Shown here one piece after another: positions 34,201 through 45,432 of a DNA stretch of 64,000 nucleotides. A program made the position numbers and the translations under genes. A model generated the notes under the pieces. It did no database searches, was not told the origin of the DNA, and saw nothing but the letters and a program-made list of their open reading frames with translations. The DNA comes from Paraspadella gotoi. Its lineage: Eukaryota > Animalia > Chaetognatha. Each line of letters starts with the position of its first letter. Position 1 is the first letter of the stretch. The stretch is taken from the NCBI GenBank assembly GCA_051294375.1, contig CM119265.1, positions 22,588,591-22,652,590 of the forward strand, written 5' to 3'.

Positions 34201-35799
34201 CCGTCATCGTCGACAGCTGGAGAGGCTCTACCAGAGAGCGCTACGCCAGAGCTTGGAGCTCCTTCTGCGCCTTCCTTCAGGATAGAGAGGTTCGAGGATC
34301 TCAAACCTCTCTAGAGGATGTTCTACGATATCTTGGTTTCTGTGCGAGAAGGGCCTCTCGTACAGCACAATCAACCTTCACAGATCGGCCATCTCAACTA
34401 CTCTCCCCCCTCTGGCGGGAGCGCTGGTTGGAGAGCATCTTTTGGTCCGGCGCCTCCTCAAGGTAGTTTTCGAGAGACGCCCTCCCTCACGTCGGACCTT
34501 CCCCACGTGGAATGCGGCCTCGGCTTTACGCATTCTCGACTCGGCGCCACTTCCGATCGCGCCGAGGGATCTTTGACGCTCGCTCTTTCTCGTCGCTTTA
34601 GCGTCAGCTCGTCGCCCTTCAGAGATCGTCTCTCTTCGTTGCGACGCGGGCTATCTTTCCTTAGCGGCAGATCACGTTCGTCTGGTTCCATCGACGCTCT
34701 CGAAGACGGATAGGGTCGGACACATGGGTCCGGCGTTTCGTCTGGATTCGCTGCCGCTCTCGGACCGCTGCCCGGTTCAGGCGCTGCGCATTTGGCTTTC
34801 TCTCCGTTCGGATTGGCGCCGCCACACGATTTTCCTTTCTGCGCTCCCGCGCCGCCTCTTCGCCTACTCTCGACGCAGCGTTTCGCCTCCCATCTCAAGG
34901 AACTTTTCTTGGAGGCGGACGTTTCTGCGGCCCCGGGGTCGACGCGCGCTATGGCGGTCTCGGACGCCTTGCCCGCGGAATGGATCTTGGCGTCTTCCTT
35001 CGCGCGGGAGATTGGTCTGGCGCGCAGACCTTCTTCCGTTTCCACTGCAGGGACGTCGCGTGGAGCGCCCCTCAGGGATCTTCTAGGGACGTTTGAGGCT
35101 TCCGTATTCCCGGATGAGGGAGGGAGCCGGCTTGGGATTTGCCGGGCTCCCATTGGTCAAGGCCGGTCACGTGACGGCATTCCCTGGTTTTTCTTTTTTG
35201 CATCTTTCGATGTTATTTTGTTCGTTTTTCTTACTCTGATAAACGCGCGATCTATCGACTAGCGCGAACAAAAGGGCATTTCGTGGCGAGGCGGACCGAT
35301 ATAGAATTAATATTCCATAAAGGAATTAAAAATTTTATAAGCCCTTTATTTTTTTTCCCTTTATACTCTTTCAGATGCCTATTGTCTTGACGCCGTTGCA
35401 CTTCGATCGAGATCCTTTGCTTTCGAAGACACCATCTTGCCAACATTCAGTCGTCATTCGAACCTTCATCACCTCGGGTAAATCTCGACTGTTATTTTAC
35501 ATTTTACTATGTAAATTTATTTGGCAAGAATCATTCCATTTTTTCCCTTTGGCTCTTTAAATCAGATTTCATGACTGGCGTTCCGGCGATTCCGGGTAAG
35601 TTGCCTCGTTTTTTCCGTCCAAAATTCATTTATGTAAAAAAAGTGAAAAGTACTTTATTATATTTTTTTTTATTTAGGCGACCAGCTCCCGATCGCCGTT
35701 CTTAAAAAGATGGTGACGGAACTGAAAACTCTACAGGGCATTTCTAGAATTATGTATGATTTGACCGCCAAGCCTCCAGGCACCACCGAGTGGGAATGA
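22204..35799 (+). CDS. GMPS: GMP synthase (glutamine-hydrolysing), many exons; long introns at 22645-25380, ~26504-27790 and 29037-35374
   Basis: [88 protein letters not shown] and terminal [14 protein letters not shown]. Confidence 0.98.
22681..25183 (-). CDS. Uncharacterised multi-exon coiled-coil protein nested antisense in a GMPS intron
   Basis: A series of Glu/Lys/Arg-rich heptad ORF segments (about 25183-24811, 24758-24533, 24468-24258, 24182-~23870, ~23670-23460, 23432-23270, 23217-22681) separated by short AT-rich intron-like gaps. Exact junctions are uncertain. Confidence 0.8.
26546..27418 (+). mobile_element. Nested non-autonomous elements: HINE/DINE-like outer copy, a MITE (26691-27305) and an inner HINE-like copy (26795-27116)
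   Basis: Subterminal inverted repeats gttgcgccgc/gcggcgcaac at 26549/27383 and 26798/27080, gtcy-type microsatellite and T-rich ends. MITE arms tatgaaattggtacaaccaatataaaaattat and its complement. Confidence 0.65.
27428..27755 (+). mobile_element. Second HINE/DINE-1-like element with a central tandem repeat of about 21 bp
   Basis: 5' tcgagcctac with a nearby partial inverted repeat aggctcga, about 6 copies of atcatttggttatcatcgcatca-like units (27600-27727), and 3' gtaggctcga. Confidence 0.55.
29080..30988 (+). mobile_element. DIRS1-like retroelement segment 1: left terminus, gag tail, frameshifted RT, RNase H and methyltransferase-like domain; runs into the gap
   Basis: [64 protein letters not shown]...AYLLPP and [12 protein letters not shown] in shifting frames. 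Terminus attctcatatcggtccgcctcgccacgaaatgccc. Confidence 0.88.
30989..31753. other. Assembly gap (765 N)
   Basis: Run of N. Confidence 1.
31754..35330 (+). mobile_element. DIRS1-like retroelement segment 2: left ITR (31754-31928, start hidden in the gap), ICR (32680-32763), degenerate gag, tyrosine recombinase and right ITR with extension (35092-35330); RT/RNase H absent
   Basis: 31754-31928 is the reverse complement of 35092-35270. The ICR matches both termini. YR-like motifs [28 protein letters not shown] and [13 protein letters not shown]. 33874-34109 duplicates 29123-29361. Confidence 0.88.
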
Positions 35800-36343
35800 T
35801 CGGGTATTCTTTCTTTCAATCATGGGGCGAAACGGGCAAACTCTTTTATTTGCGTGGCGTCATCTTAGCGGCATCATCCCGGCTGCTTGTCAAAAATTGG
35901 GGGGAGGATGCAAGCGGATCCAAGGGTTTTAAATTGTTAAAAGTCATCGTTGGTTTCTTTTTTGGCGACCTTCGGTTTAATAAGCTCATTCCATCTTTTA
36001 AAAATCAGTCATTGAAAAAAAAATTAAGTGTTGGGAGTGTTTTGTTCTCTCCAGTGATCGATGAATTCGTTGTTTGATTTTCCTCCCCGTTTTGTTCAAT
36101 TGTTTGTCAAATGGTTTATTGCCTTTTAAATAAAACTCTTAACTCGATAATTTTTTATTTTCTTCGGTTAATAGAACATACTGAACTAAATTATATGAAC
36201 AACTTTAATGACGTATTTTGGCGTTGGATTTTGTCATTGTTCGTCGCAACTGACCGAATTTTTTTTTTTTTTTTCATTCGAGAAATTTTATTTCAGATGA
36301 TCTGAAATTTTGTCGAAAAAAGAAAGCGTAGTTTGCAGCGACG

Positions 36344-39300
36344 ATGTCAGAAGCGCAGGTGGGCGCCAGTTGTTTGTTTTCCTTGGTCGAAGCCGTCGGA
36401 ATCTGCGGCGAAAGAGACGACGACGACGACGATTCGGACTTGCTTAATCTCCTTCGCGCTTACGCCAAATGTTCCTCGCGATTCCTCGCCGCCAATACCA
36501 ACTCCGCCGTCGACAAATTCGATCCTCGATTGTCGTCCTCTTTTCATCGCCTGACACGCGCGGCCGCCGCCCTACCTACCGCTCCCTTCGACCTCGTCGT
36601 CGAATCGTCGCGATTGTGGCGTTCATCCCTTGACCACCTTGGACGCGGCGATGGGGAACTTCGTGTCGAGGTGGAGCAAAACCCCTTGGTGGAGCTGATT
36701 CTGCGAGAGGAGATAGAATCTAAATCGGCTAAGTCTTTGTTTCGTTCTTCTTCTTCCTTTCCTTCCTCTTCGTATGCGACGACGATGCGACCTTTCGACT
36801 GTCAATGCGCCGTCTGTGATCTTCCTTTTCCTCGTCGCCAGTCGTGTCTCGCTCACGTCGTGAAGGACCACGCGAGTCAAGGGCCGATGGAACATCATCC
36901 TCCCTACTCGCGCTTCGTAGTGGAGGAGACGATGGAGAGTGGGAGAGAAAGTGAGGCGGAAGAGGAGGATGCGACGGTGGCTGTGGAGGTTGTCGAGGCG
37001 GAGGAGGAGGCGATGGAAGTCGAGGAAGAAACGCGCGCGACCTCGCTTCCTTTGGAGAAGGCGACTGAGTCGACGATGAAACCCAATGTCGAGGAAGGAT
37101 TCGCTGCGACAATCAAGGAGAGATTGAGGTGCAAGACGATGGCGCGAGATCCCCCTGTGGGGAATTCCACGACGTCAAAGCCTGATTCTGAATCGGAGGT
37201 TAAGGCGCTTAAGATCAAAACTACAGTTCGAGATTTACAGGGGAGAGCGCCTATTTCAAAGACAGCGCGAGATTCCAACGTGAGAGCATCACATTCCAAG
37301 AAAAGAGCGCACGATTCTCCCGCAAGAACGCTGAATTCCGGATCGATTCCCACTACCAACTCTGCAGTCGAGCTGTGCCAAGACAATTGGACCTGCATTT
37401 TTTGTTCTAAATCGTTTCTTGGTTACGTCAGCGCGAGGCGTCATAGAATCGATTTCCATAAGAATCACTCCTCAGTTTATGACGTTTTTCAAATTTCCGA
37501 CATTTCCGGAAAGGAACGTATTTATAAGTGCTCGTTTTGCCCTTGCCGATTCGAGAATAGAAAAGAACTAACTTCCCATTATCGTGATACACATTGGAAA
37601 ATACTGATGAACGACGCTTATTATGACAAAGTGAACAAGCAGGAAAAGAATAAGCATTCGGCTGTGAGCTATGATAAGTGGCTGTGCAAGTTTTGCAATA
37701 CGACTTATTCGGGATACATCGCAGCGAGAGATCATCGAAGAAGACGTCATAAAAAAATCTCGAGTGTCTACAATATCTTTCAAATTTCCGATATTACAGG
37801 AGAAGAAAGGGTCTATAAATGTTTTTTTTGTCATTTTGTTTTCATACTAAGACAAGAGCTTACGATTCATTATAAACATTCGCACTCCAAGGATTTAATG
37901 GACGATAAGTTTTATGTTAAAATAAGGCTGCAATTTGATACGTCCAGTAAATGTACTGACCTGGATAAAAAACCTGTCAAAACTGATAAAAACTCTTGTA
38001 ATACTAAGTTAAATCAAGTGGACCACGATTATTGGAACTGCAGAACTTGCAAAAAAAGGTATTATGGTTACAACGCGGCTACCTGGCACAAATATCGTTG
38101 CCACAAATCCCGGCCATTATACGAAATTTTTCGAGTTACCGATGCCACTGAAGAAGACCGAATTTATAAATGCTCCAAGTGTTCTTCGACGTATAAAACA
38201 AGACCTGGTCTTAGCAACCATTATCAAAGCGCTCACGGTCGACTATATATGAATGACTCCTACTACCCCAAAGTACTCGCAAACAGTCAAAAGATTGAAA
38301 AAAACGAAAGATTCTTACTTGGAACTGACGCGAATGAAGAATCCCAGTTTTATAATCTCGCAACTAAGTTAGACTCGACGGATTCACCGTCTTCAAAATT
38401 GGTGCCGAATCCGAACAACAAAGAGCAGGCATCGAAATTGGCGCCAAAATCGAAGGAGACAAAATCCTCCAAAAACTCAAAAACGTTGATGAGTGCGAAT
38501 AGAAAAATAGCTTGTCCCCGCTCTGCAAATGGGAGTTTTCTCACGAAATTCGTCAAAAGCTATTCCATTGTTGAGCGCAAAAGGATGAAACCTATCGAGG
38601 AAAAAATCTTAAATACTCCGCGCGTCTCCAAACTCAACGCGAAAATCGCTTTATTCTTGACGCAGAACTACAATCATGAGAAGTTAGAAAAGCGAAAGTC
38701 TCCTTTGGAGGACGACACCATCAACGACACCGACAAAAAAGCCGGCGTCGACAACGAAGCCGACAACGATGCCGACAACGACGCCGACAAGGATGGCCAC
38801 CAAGAAAAATCCGTGTCCAGTATCACTGTTCCCACCTCCGCCTTTGGGAAGTTCTTTGTCTGCCCACTTTGCGATAAGGTGTTCCAGGGAGCCGACGGGC
38901 GTCATCGCCTCATTAAACACAAGCTCCGATATCATAAAAAATCCCGGAGTGAAAAGAAGGGCGGTAGAGGCAACTTGTATCGCCGGGAAGAGTATCAGTG
39001 CACCATTTGCGGGGAAATTGAGAAAAACGCCAAGGCCTTTCAAAAGCATCTTCGAGTTCACGGAGTCTTTGGCGACGACTCGTTGGATCGCTACTGCCGG
39101 CAGTTGGTGGGCGAGGTCAAGGGCCAAGGCTTCATTTCGAAGAGGTCAAAGAAGATGAGTCCGCATAATGGGTCCGACGATTACTCGGAACGTTTCTCCG
39201 AAAATCCCGAGGAAGAGACGACACGCAACGAAGATGACATTGACAACGACGACAAGGAACCGACTATTCTCAGCGACGCCGACGGCGACGATTTCTTCGA

Positions 39301-41245
39301 TGACGGCGACAGTGGAAACGAAACTGGAAGCAAAAACAGCGGCGTCGAGTCGATCGTCGGTCCTCTTGCGAAAGACGCTGTCGCCTCCGCTGAATCAAGA
39401 CGCGATTTCCCAATCTCGTCGATGACATCTCTCTCGTCAAGGAAGGAGGTCGTAATTAACTCAAAATCGTGTCAAACGGCGCAATCATCTTTGTCCACGT
39501 TCCCCTTTATTTCTGAATCAACTGTCATTTCTAGTCAAACTGTTATTCGGCCTACTGTTCTTCCGTCTCCATCCGCTATCGGCGCTCGACAAACGTCCGC
39601 CGTAAAGCAGAAGGTCGCGATTTCCGTCCCACGTTCTACATCATCACTCGTCACTTCTTTGTCGTCACAAATTCCACCAGGGATGTGCTTGGTATCTACA
39701 TCTGTCGGACCCAGGACATTCTTTTTATGCAATTCTAATTTATCTACTCTATCGTACTCTCCAAATTCGTTGATTCATCGACCCGCCAGCTTAACTTCGG
39801 GTGTTTCAACAATCAATTCACTCTGTTCGACGACGTTACAGCCTAGAATCATTCAGAGTCGGCCGCTAAATCCGAATACTTTATTAAGCTCACAATCTTC
39901 TCTCATTTCGAAATCTTCGAGGAGCGATTCAAACTCATCGACCCCTGTTAATAGGGGTGAAGTTTCCCAGAATTCGTTGTTATCCACCCTAAATTCATTA
40001 CTTTCCGCTAAAACCCCAAGAATTGCAGCGTCGAGCTCATTGAAACTCCCGGCTCAAACTGCAATAACTGCATCACCACAAACCACATCTAGTTTCGAAA
40101 GTTCAAAGAGATTCTTTTACCTTTGTAAACTTTGTGAATTCAAGAGTGTTAACAACGCGTCACTCGCCGTGGAACACGCGAAAAAAGCGCATCAATTCAG
40201 CTTATCTAGATGTAACGAAGTTTTTTTGTCTTATTGCTTTTCGGGTCAACAGATGGTGATCGAAACACGGGTGCAGTGCCTAATTTGCTTCCAATTTTTC
40301 GATTACGCCTCTTTTTGGATTCACGCTTCCAAAGTTCATTCTCAAATTGAATCTAAGGAAAAATGTTTCTTTGCTTTCAAGAAAAAAATTGAAAAACGGG
40401 ACAGGACCTCTTTTGTCAATCCTACAACTACCAGTAGCCAAAACCAGCTCGCTCATGTCTCCGTGAATAATCAAGCTAACAAACAAACAAACGTCATGAT
40501 GTCAAACCAATCAGACGTCGAGCCGAATAAAGTTAATAGCGGCCATCAACTCACAGTCACGTCGTCAAGCCAAGGAAAGGTATCGTCTCACTCGCCAACT
40601 TCCGATCCTCCCACCCAGCCATCTGTGGAGACTCCAGGAAGTATCGCTCGCTTTTGCCTCTTTTGCGGAGACGAGTCTCCGAAGTCCAGCGAACATCTCC
40701 GCTCCATCCTCGGAGACCTTTTGAAGCACCTAAACTCTGTCCATGCGTCGGTGTCCAAGTTTTGGCAAACCGCCACCGCTTGCTACGTCTGCGAAGAACC
40801 TTTCGAGCCGTCGGAGATGATGGCGCTTAATCACTACCTGCACATTGGGAAGCACGTGGAGGAAGTGGTCGAGGCCGGCCACATGAGTTTTGAGGAAGTC
40901 AAGACGCTGCTGAAACACGCCGAGGGAAAGATCAAGGCCGGCCCTTACTGGAAATGTCTTTTTTGCCAATCGGGGACGGGGCACTATGACAAAGACTCTC
41001 TCTTCATTCATCTCTCCGCGAAACATCGTCCGGTTGCCGTCTGGTGGGAACTTTGTGGCTCTTGCTGGCTCTGCAATACTCGCATTTTCTCGGCTTCGGG
41101 ACACGACAGATGCCTTGAAAACTATCGGCATTTTTGGCTGCACCTCAGCTCTGGGCATAATCAAAATCCCAAGGCGGTTCTTTTCGTCTTAAAGCAGTTA
41201 TTGGAAGTGCGACCAAGAGAAAAAGCGGAGCAGCATAGCGATTGA
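36344..41245 (+). CDS. Intronless 1633-aa multi-C2H2-type zinc-finger protein
   Basis: Long uninterrupted ORF with more than 12 CxxC...HxxxxH motifs, including three tandem double-finger modules, separated by Ser/Thr-rich and acidic linkers. Confidence 0.85.
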   Translation: MSEAQVGASCLFSLVEAVGICGERDDDDDDSDLLNLLRAYAKCSSRFLAANTNSAVDKFDPRLSSSFHRLTRAAAALPTAPFDLVVESSRLWRSSLDHLGRGDGELRVEVEQNPLVELILREEIESKSAKSLFRSSSSFPSSSYATTMRPFDCQCAVCDLPFPRRQSCLAHVVKDHASQGPMEHHPPYSRFVVEETMESGRESEAEEEDATVAVEVVEAEEEAMEVEEETRATSLPLEKATESTMKPNVEEGFAATIKERLRCKTMARDPPVGNSTTSKPDSESEVKALKIKTTVRDLQGRAPISKTARDSNVRASHSKKRAHDSPARTLNSGSIPTTNSAVELCQDNWTCIFCSKSFLGYVSARRHRIDFHKNHSSVYDVFQISDISGKERIYKCSFCPCRFENRKELTSHYRDTHWKILMNDAYYDKVNKQEKNKHSAVSYDKWLCKFCNTTYSGYIAARDHRRRRHKKISSVYNIFQISDITGEERVYKCFFCHFVFILRQELTIHYKHSHSKDLMDDKFYVKIRLQFDTSSKCTDLDKKPVKTDKNSCNTKLNQVDHDYWNCRTCKKRYYGYNAATWHKYRCHKSRPLYEIFRVTDATEEDRIYKCSKCSSTYKTRPGLSNHYQSAHGRLYMNDSYYPKVLANSQKIEKNERFLLGTDANEESQFYNLATKLDSTDSPSSKLVPNPNNKEQASKLAPKSKETKSSKNSKTLMSANRKIACPRSANGSFLTKFVKSYSIVERKRMKPIEEKILNTPRVSKLNAKIALFLTQNYNHEKLEKRKSPLEDDTINDTDKKAGVDNEADNDADNDADKDGHQEKSVSSITVPTSAFGKFFVCPLCDKVFQGADGRHRLIKHKLRYHKKSRSEKKGGRGNLYRREEYQCTICGEIEKNAKAFQKHLRVHGVFGDDSLDRYCRQLVGEVKGQGFISKRSKKMSPHNGSDDYSERFSENPEEETTRNEDDIDNDDKEPTILSDADGDDFFDDGDSGNETGSKNSGVESIVGPLAKDAVASAESRRDFPISSMTSLSSRKEVVINSKSCQTAQSSLSTFPFISESTVISSQTVIRPTVLPSPSAIGARQTSAVKQKVAISVPRSTSSLVTSLSSQIPPGMCLVSTSVGPRTFFLCNSNLSTLSYSPNSLIHRPASLTSGVSTINSLCSTTLQPRIIQSRPLNPNTLLSSQSSLISKSSRSDSNSSTPVNRGEVSQNSLLSTLNSLLSAKTPRIAASSSLKLPAQTAITASPQTTSSFESSKRFFYLCKLCEFKSVNNASLAVEHAKKAHQFSLSRCNEVFLSYCFSGQQMVIETRVQCLICFQFFDYASFWIHASKVHSQIESKEKCFFAFKKKIEKRDRTSFVNPTTTSSQNQLAHVSVNNQANKQTNVMMSNQSDVEPNKVNSGHQLTVTSSSQGKVSSHSPTSDPPTQPSVETPGSIARFCLFCGDESPKSSEHLRSILGDLLKHLNSVHASVSKFWQTATACYVCEEPFEPSEMMALNHYLHIGKHVEEVVEAGHMSFEEVKTLLKHAEGKIKAGPYWKCLFCQSGTGHYDKDSLFIHLSAKHRPVAVWWELCGSCWLCNTRIFSASGHDRCLENYRHFWLHLSSGHNQNPKAVLFVLKQLLEVRPREKAEQHSD

Positions 41246-41364
41246 TAAAAGTTTTTAGTTACAATCCCTTTCGACGATTGATTATTTTATTTTTATGTAT
41301 TGCTTTTTTCCAATTTATTTTCTTTTAAATTTGATTAGGAAGAGTTTGTCAGAATATAAATAGA

Positions 41365-44300
41365 ATGGGTGAAAAATCTTCCGCCGATCGTCATTCCGTT
41401 ATAGTTGATATAACGAAAGTTAGCCCCAGCAAAAATCCGGATCTCAAATGCAGGTTATTACTTTTGAATTTGACACACTTTACAATAAGTTGGCTCATAT
41501 GGTCGGTTTCAACGTCTCAGCGATTGTGGCGAGGTGTTCTTTACGCCATTCATGGTAGCGGAACACAAAAGACTCTTCCATGCCCCCAACGACACTTACT
41601 TTTGTCGCATTTGCCGTCAGTCCTTTCGTTGTTCCGCGCACGCGCAGGATCACGTGGAGCAGCATCGCCGTCTCGGGGAGGCTGATAAAGGGTGAGTTAA
41701 AAACGCTGTTGGACCAAAGCGGAACGACGATTAGAGGATATAAGGGAGGATTAAATATGGTTTAATTTTCCAGCTCCCGTGACGACGCTTTGATCGAGTT
41801 GTTGGCAGACGATGAAGAGCCAAGATCGACGTCCAGAGTCTCAACCGTCCACTCCTCGACTTCCGTTTTCGTTTCGGCGCCGACCTACTTCAAGTCCCTG
41901 CCATGCTTGTCGAGTGGCGGAATCGGCGTCGGCGGTGAAAGACGTACCGCTGAAGCCGAATCTCCAACCATCGATTCCATGCGGTGTCGCCGTAACTCCG
42001 TCGTCGGCTCTGTTTCCTCCGACGAGGGCGACTGGATAAACTTTTTCACGTTTCGATCTGTGACGCCGACGTCGTTGGCCTCGAACAAGTCTCAGGAGTC
42101 TCCCTTATCGTCGGACATTTTCGCTTCGCCGAGGTGGGGTAGAATAATTTCATAAATATTTGCTGCGCTTTGAAAGTTGTATTTGCGCTTTTTCTTTTTC
42201 GAAACTCAGTCCATCGACCGTGACGGAAAAACCGTCGGACGACTACTCCTGCCTTCTGTGCGGTTCCTTCTTGCCCAACGATAAGTCTTGCCTTTTGCGC
42301 CATTTGAGTCTAACTCACGCTGACGAATTGACGGCTAGAAAGGCCAGCCTTGTTGAATCTTCCGATGTCGCGGGAAATTCCAACATCGATGAGCGCCTCC
42401 AATCATCTCCTACAGATGAGGTCTTTGAAGAAAACTTCGAAAAATTCCCCGAAAATCAAAGCGGTGACTCTGCAGGTTCCGACATCGCCATCACTGAAAT
42501 CAAGAGGCCGAGGAAAAGCAAAGAAGCCAAGCACTATTTGACCGGCTTTTTCCTTAAATGCAATCTTTGCGACAGATTGTGCAAGAATTCGGCCACGTCT
42601 TTTGGAAATCATCGAAAAAGATTCCACTCCAGAACGGACCAAACTTTAATGACGCGGGTCCCGCTAAAATCTTACTTTACTCTAACTAAAATTCCTTATA
42701 AGCGGAATAAGCAAGGCCGGAATTTGACGTGCTCATCAGCGATTCAGAAAATCGGAACTTCTACTTCCCAATCGGCCACAGACAATCCTCCGAAGCCTCT
42801 CTTCCGTTGCAAGCTGTGCCGCGGTGTGGCAGAAGTTCGTAGCAACCACGTCATAGCTTACCACCCTACCTACAAGAAGCCTTTTTCGAAGTATTTCGAT
42901 CTCTATTCTCCTACTCCCGCCAAAGTCAAAGTTGTTTATCAGTGCAAACTCTGTGGTGACAAGTGCTGCGACGACGAAGGCAAAGTGCAACACTACTATC
43001 TTCACTTTTCCGATTGCGACGTTGATTACGACGAGAGGATGTTTCGCGTCGACCCTTCTAGTTCTTACGAGCATTCCGAGTCTCAGGGCGTCGTAATCAG
43101 TAAGAATCTCATGTCGGCTCTGGTATCTGGGAAGCGGTACGTTCTCGAAGACGATGATCATCCTTTTCCTGACTCGAATGTTTCTTTTTCTCAAGACTCT
43201 AGCGCCGATTTTTCGACCGAAAGTCAAGGCGTAAACGCTCTTGCGCCGAACGCATGTTTAGAGGCGGGAGATGTAGAGAATCGAGGGCTTGAGAATGAAG
43301 AGGAGCATCTTGTGAGGCTGGATGCCCCAGGGCATGACATTCGAAATCCCGACTCCCAAGGGCCTGAAGCTCCAGGGTCAGAAGCTCTAGGGCCGGAAGG
43401 TCAAGGGACGGTAGGTCAAGGGCCGGAATCTCAAGGGCCGGAGGCTCAAGGGCCGAAAGCTCTAGGGCTGGTTGTTCAAGGGCCGGAACTTAGAAATGAT
43501 GAGATGACCTCAATCGACTCTACGCCTTTAGGCGATCCGTGTGACCAGGCGATGAATTGTATCATTGATGATTTTGATTGTGTAACTCGAGGAAAAGGTA
43601 AAGGTCCAAATAAAAGTAAAAATGGTGGTGGAAAAAAATATGTCTCAGAGAACGCCACGGAACAGAAAGACAAACATGACAATATAACTCGCGATCCTGG
43701 TGAGCATGTGATTAATTCTCGGCAAAGTGTTTTCGTTACTGGAAAAAGTTCTTCGAAAGTGGGATTGAGCGAGGCAACAAGCGCGAAAGAAACAGTGAAT
43801 GACATCAATGAGACGCAAGCATCGTTGCCCGAAGCACAACTCGATGTTGACGCGGAAACGGATCGAACAAGTAATCCGTATGAGGCCAAAAACGCGCCGC
43901 GCGGCTCATCACATTTTGGAGATCAAGTCTCTGAGGAGCCCCTTGTTACTCAGGATGAAGAGAAAGCAAATTTGACTGCCCCATCCAACGATCAATGCAA
44001 ACTGGAACCTCCTGAGGTCGCCCCGGATGCAGAGACTGACGATTATCGTGACACTGATGGTACGGATATCGTAAAAGACTCTGGTGGCGGCGCCAACGAC
44101 GTGCTAGGCGAGGGCGTGACGGGCCGAGTCAACTTGCTACACGGCTATAGGAACGAGGAAGACGAATCCTATTTTCACTATTCCAATACGTTCTTGCGTG
44201 TTGATCACTGGTTGCACAACCAGTGCCTCCCGCTCGACTCCCAGTTTGACGGCGGCGAAATCATAAGAGACTGCAGTGAACAGTGTCGTCTTTTGGACGA

Positions 44301-45381
44301 GTGGGACAACTTGACGTCGCGCGCCTCTCCTGGGGTAAGCATTTTAGTCATTTGAATTTTTAGCGGGTAAGAAAAATGTCTACTCTCAATTTCTCATTCT
44401 CTAACAGACGGAAGCCACTTCCCAGTCGCAGACCCACGTCTCTTCCGGCCTTGTCGAAGTCATCCCTCTCGAGTCTCGTCTTAATGAGCGGGTCGTCCGC
44501 AAGAGCAAAAGTCCATCACCCCCAGAAGAAGGCTACCGTAGATCTCGTAAATCTGTCACCCCGAGAAGTCCAAAACCCGAAAATGGAACACCGTCAATAA
44601 GACTTGACGGAACGGAAACCTCGGAAGCCGCACACGCTGGGGATGTGGTTGAGATAACTGAAATCACTGAAAGTCAAGAATCAACTCCCGCCGATGAAAA
44701 TCGAGAAGCTGAAGGAGTTAATCCGAGGGCGAAATCGCAGCCGCTTAATGAAACCGTGTCTTTAAGCGAATCCAGCGGGGAATCGTCTTCTCTCTTGAGG
44801 AGACGCAAAAAGTCGGCTCGCCTGCTGTCAGAGGAGGACGACTGCGATAACGGCAAGTCCCTCTTTGATAAAACAAACGACATCAATGCGAACGCTAAAG
44901 AAGCAACCGACGTTGACGGCAATTCCAAAAATGTAAAAGAAGCGAGCAAAGATGGAAAGAAAAAGACTATTGAATCCGACGACATCGAGCCTGAGGACGT
45001 CGCCAAAGTCACTTCGCCCGCAGTCGCTGCTCTGGACACTGACGACTTCATCTCACATCGCTCCGAATCGATCAATTTGTGTTCCTCTTCCGCTTCGTCG
45101 ACGGAGGCTCAAGCCGTGATCTTCTCTGCCGCGCTGACCACGTCCAGCGAAGATTCCGAGGTGATCTACAAAAGCGCCGCCGAAGTCGTCGATCCCTTAA
45201 CCGCGAAGACCTCCAACTCTACCATCGCGGACCAGCAAACCATTAGCGAACTCGCGATGGGTTCACACGTTAACGAGCCGGAAGCCCTCGGTTCCCGAGG
45301 TAGCGACGCCCTTAAGTTTCGTAATTTCTTCGAATTGAATCCGCGTGAACTGGTCAACGATCGTGTGGTAACGTCGAAGGT

Positions 45382-45432
<51 letters not shown>

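Noticed and set aside
45386-45432. Poly-Phe / poly-Lys ORF ends
   Set aside because: An intronic poly(T) run directly after the gtgagt donor at 45380; not coding.
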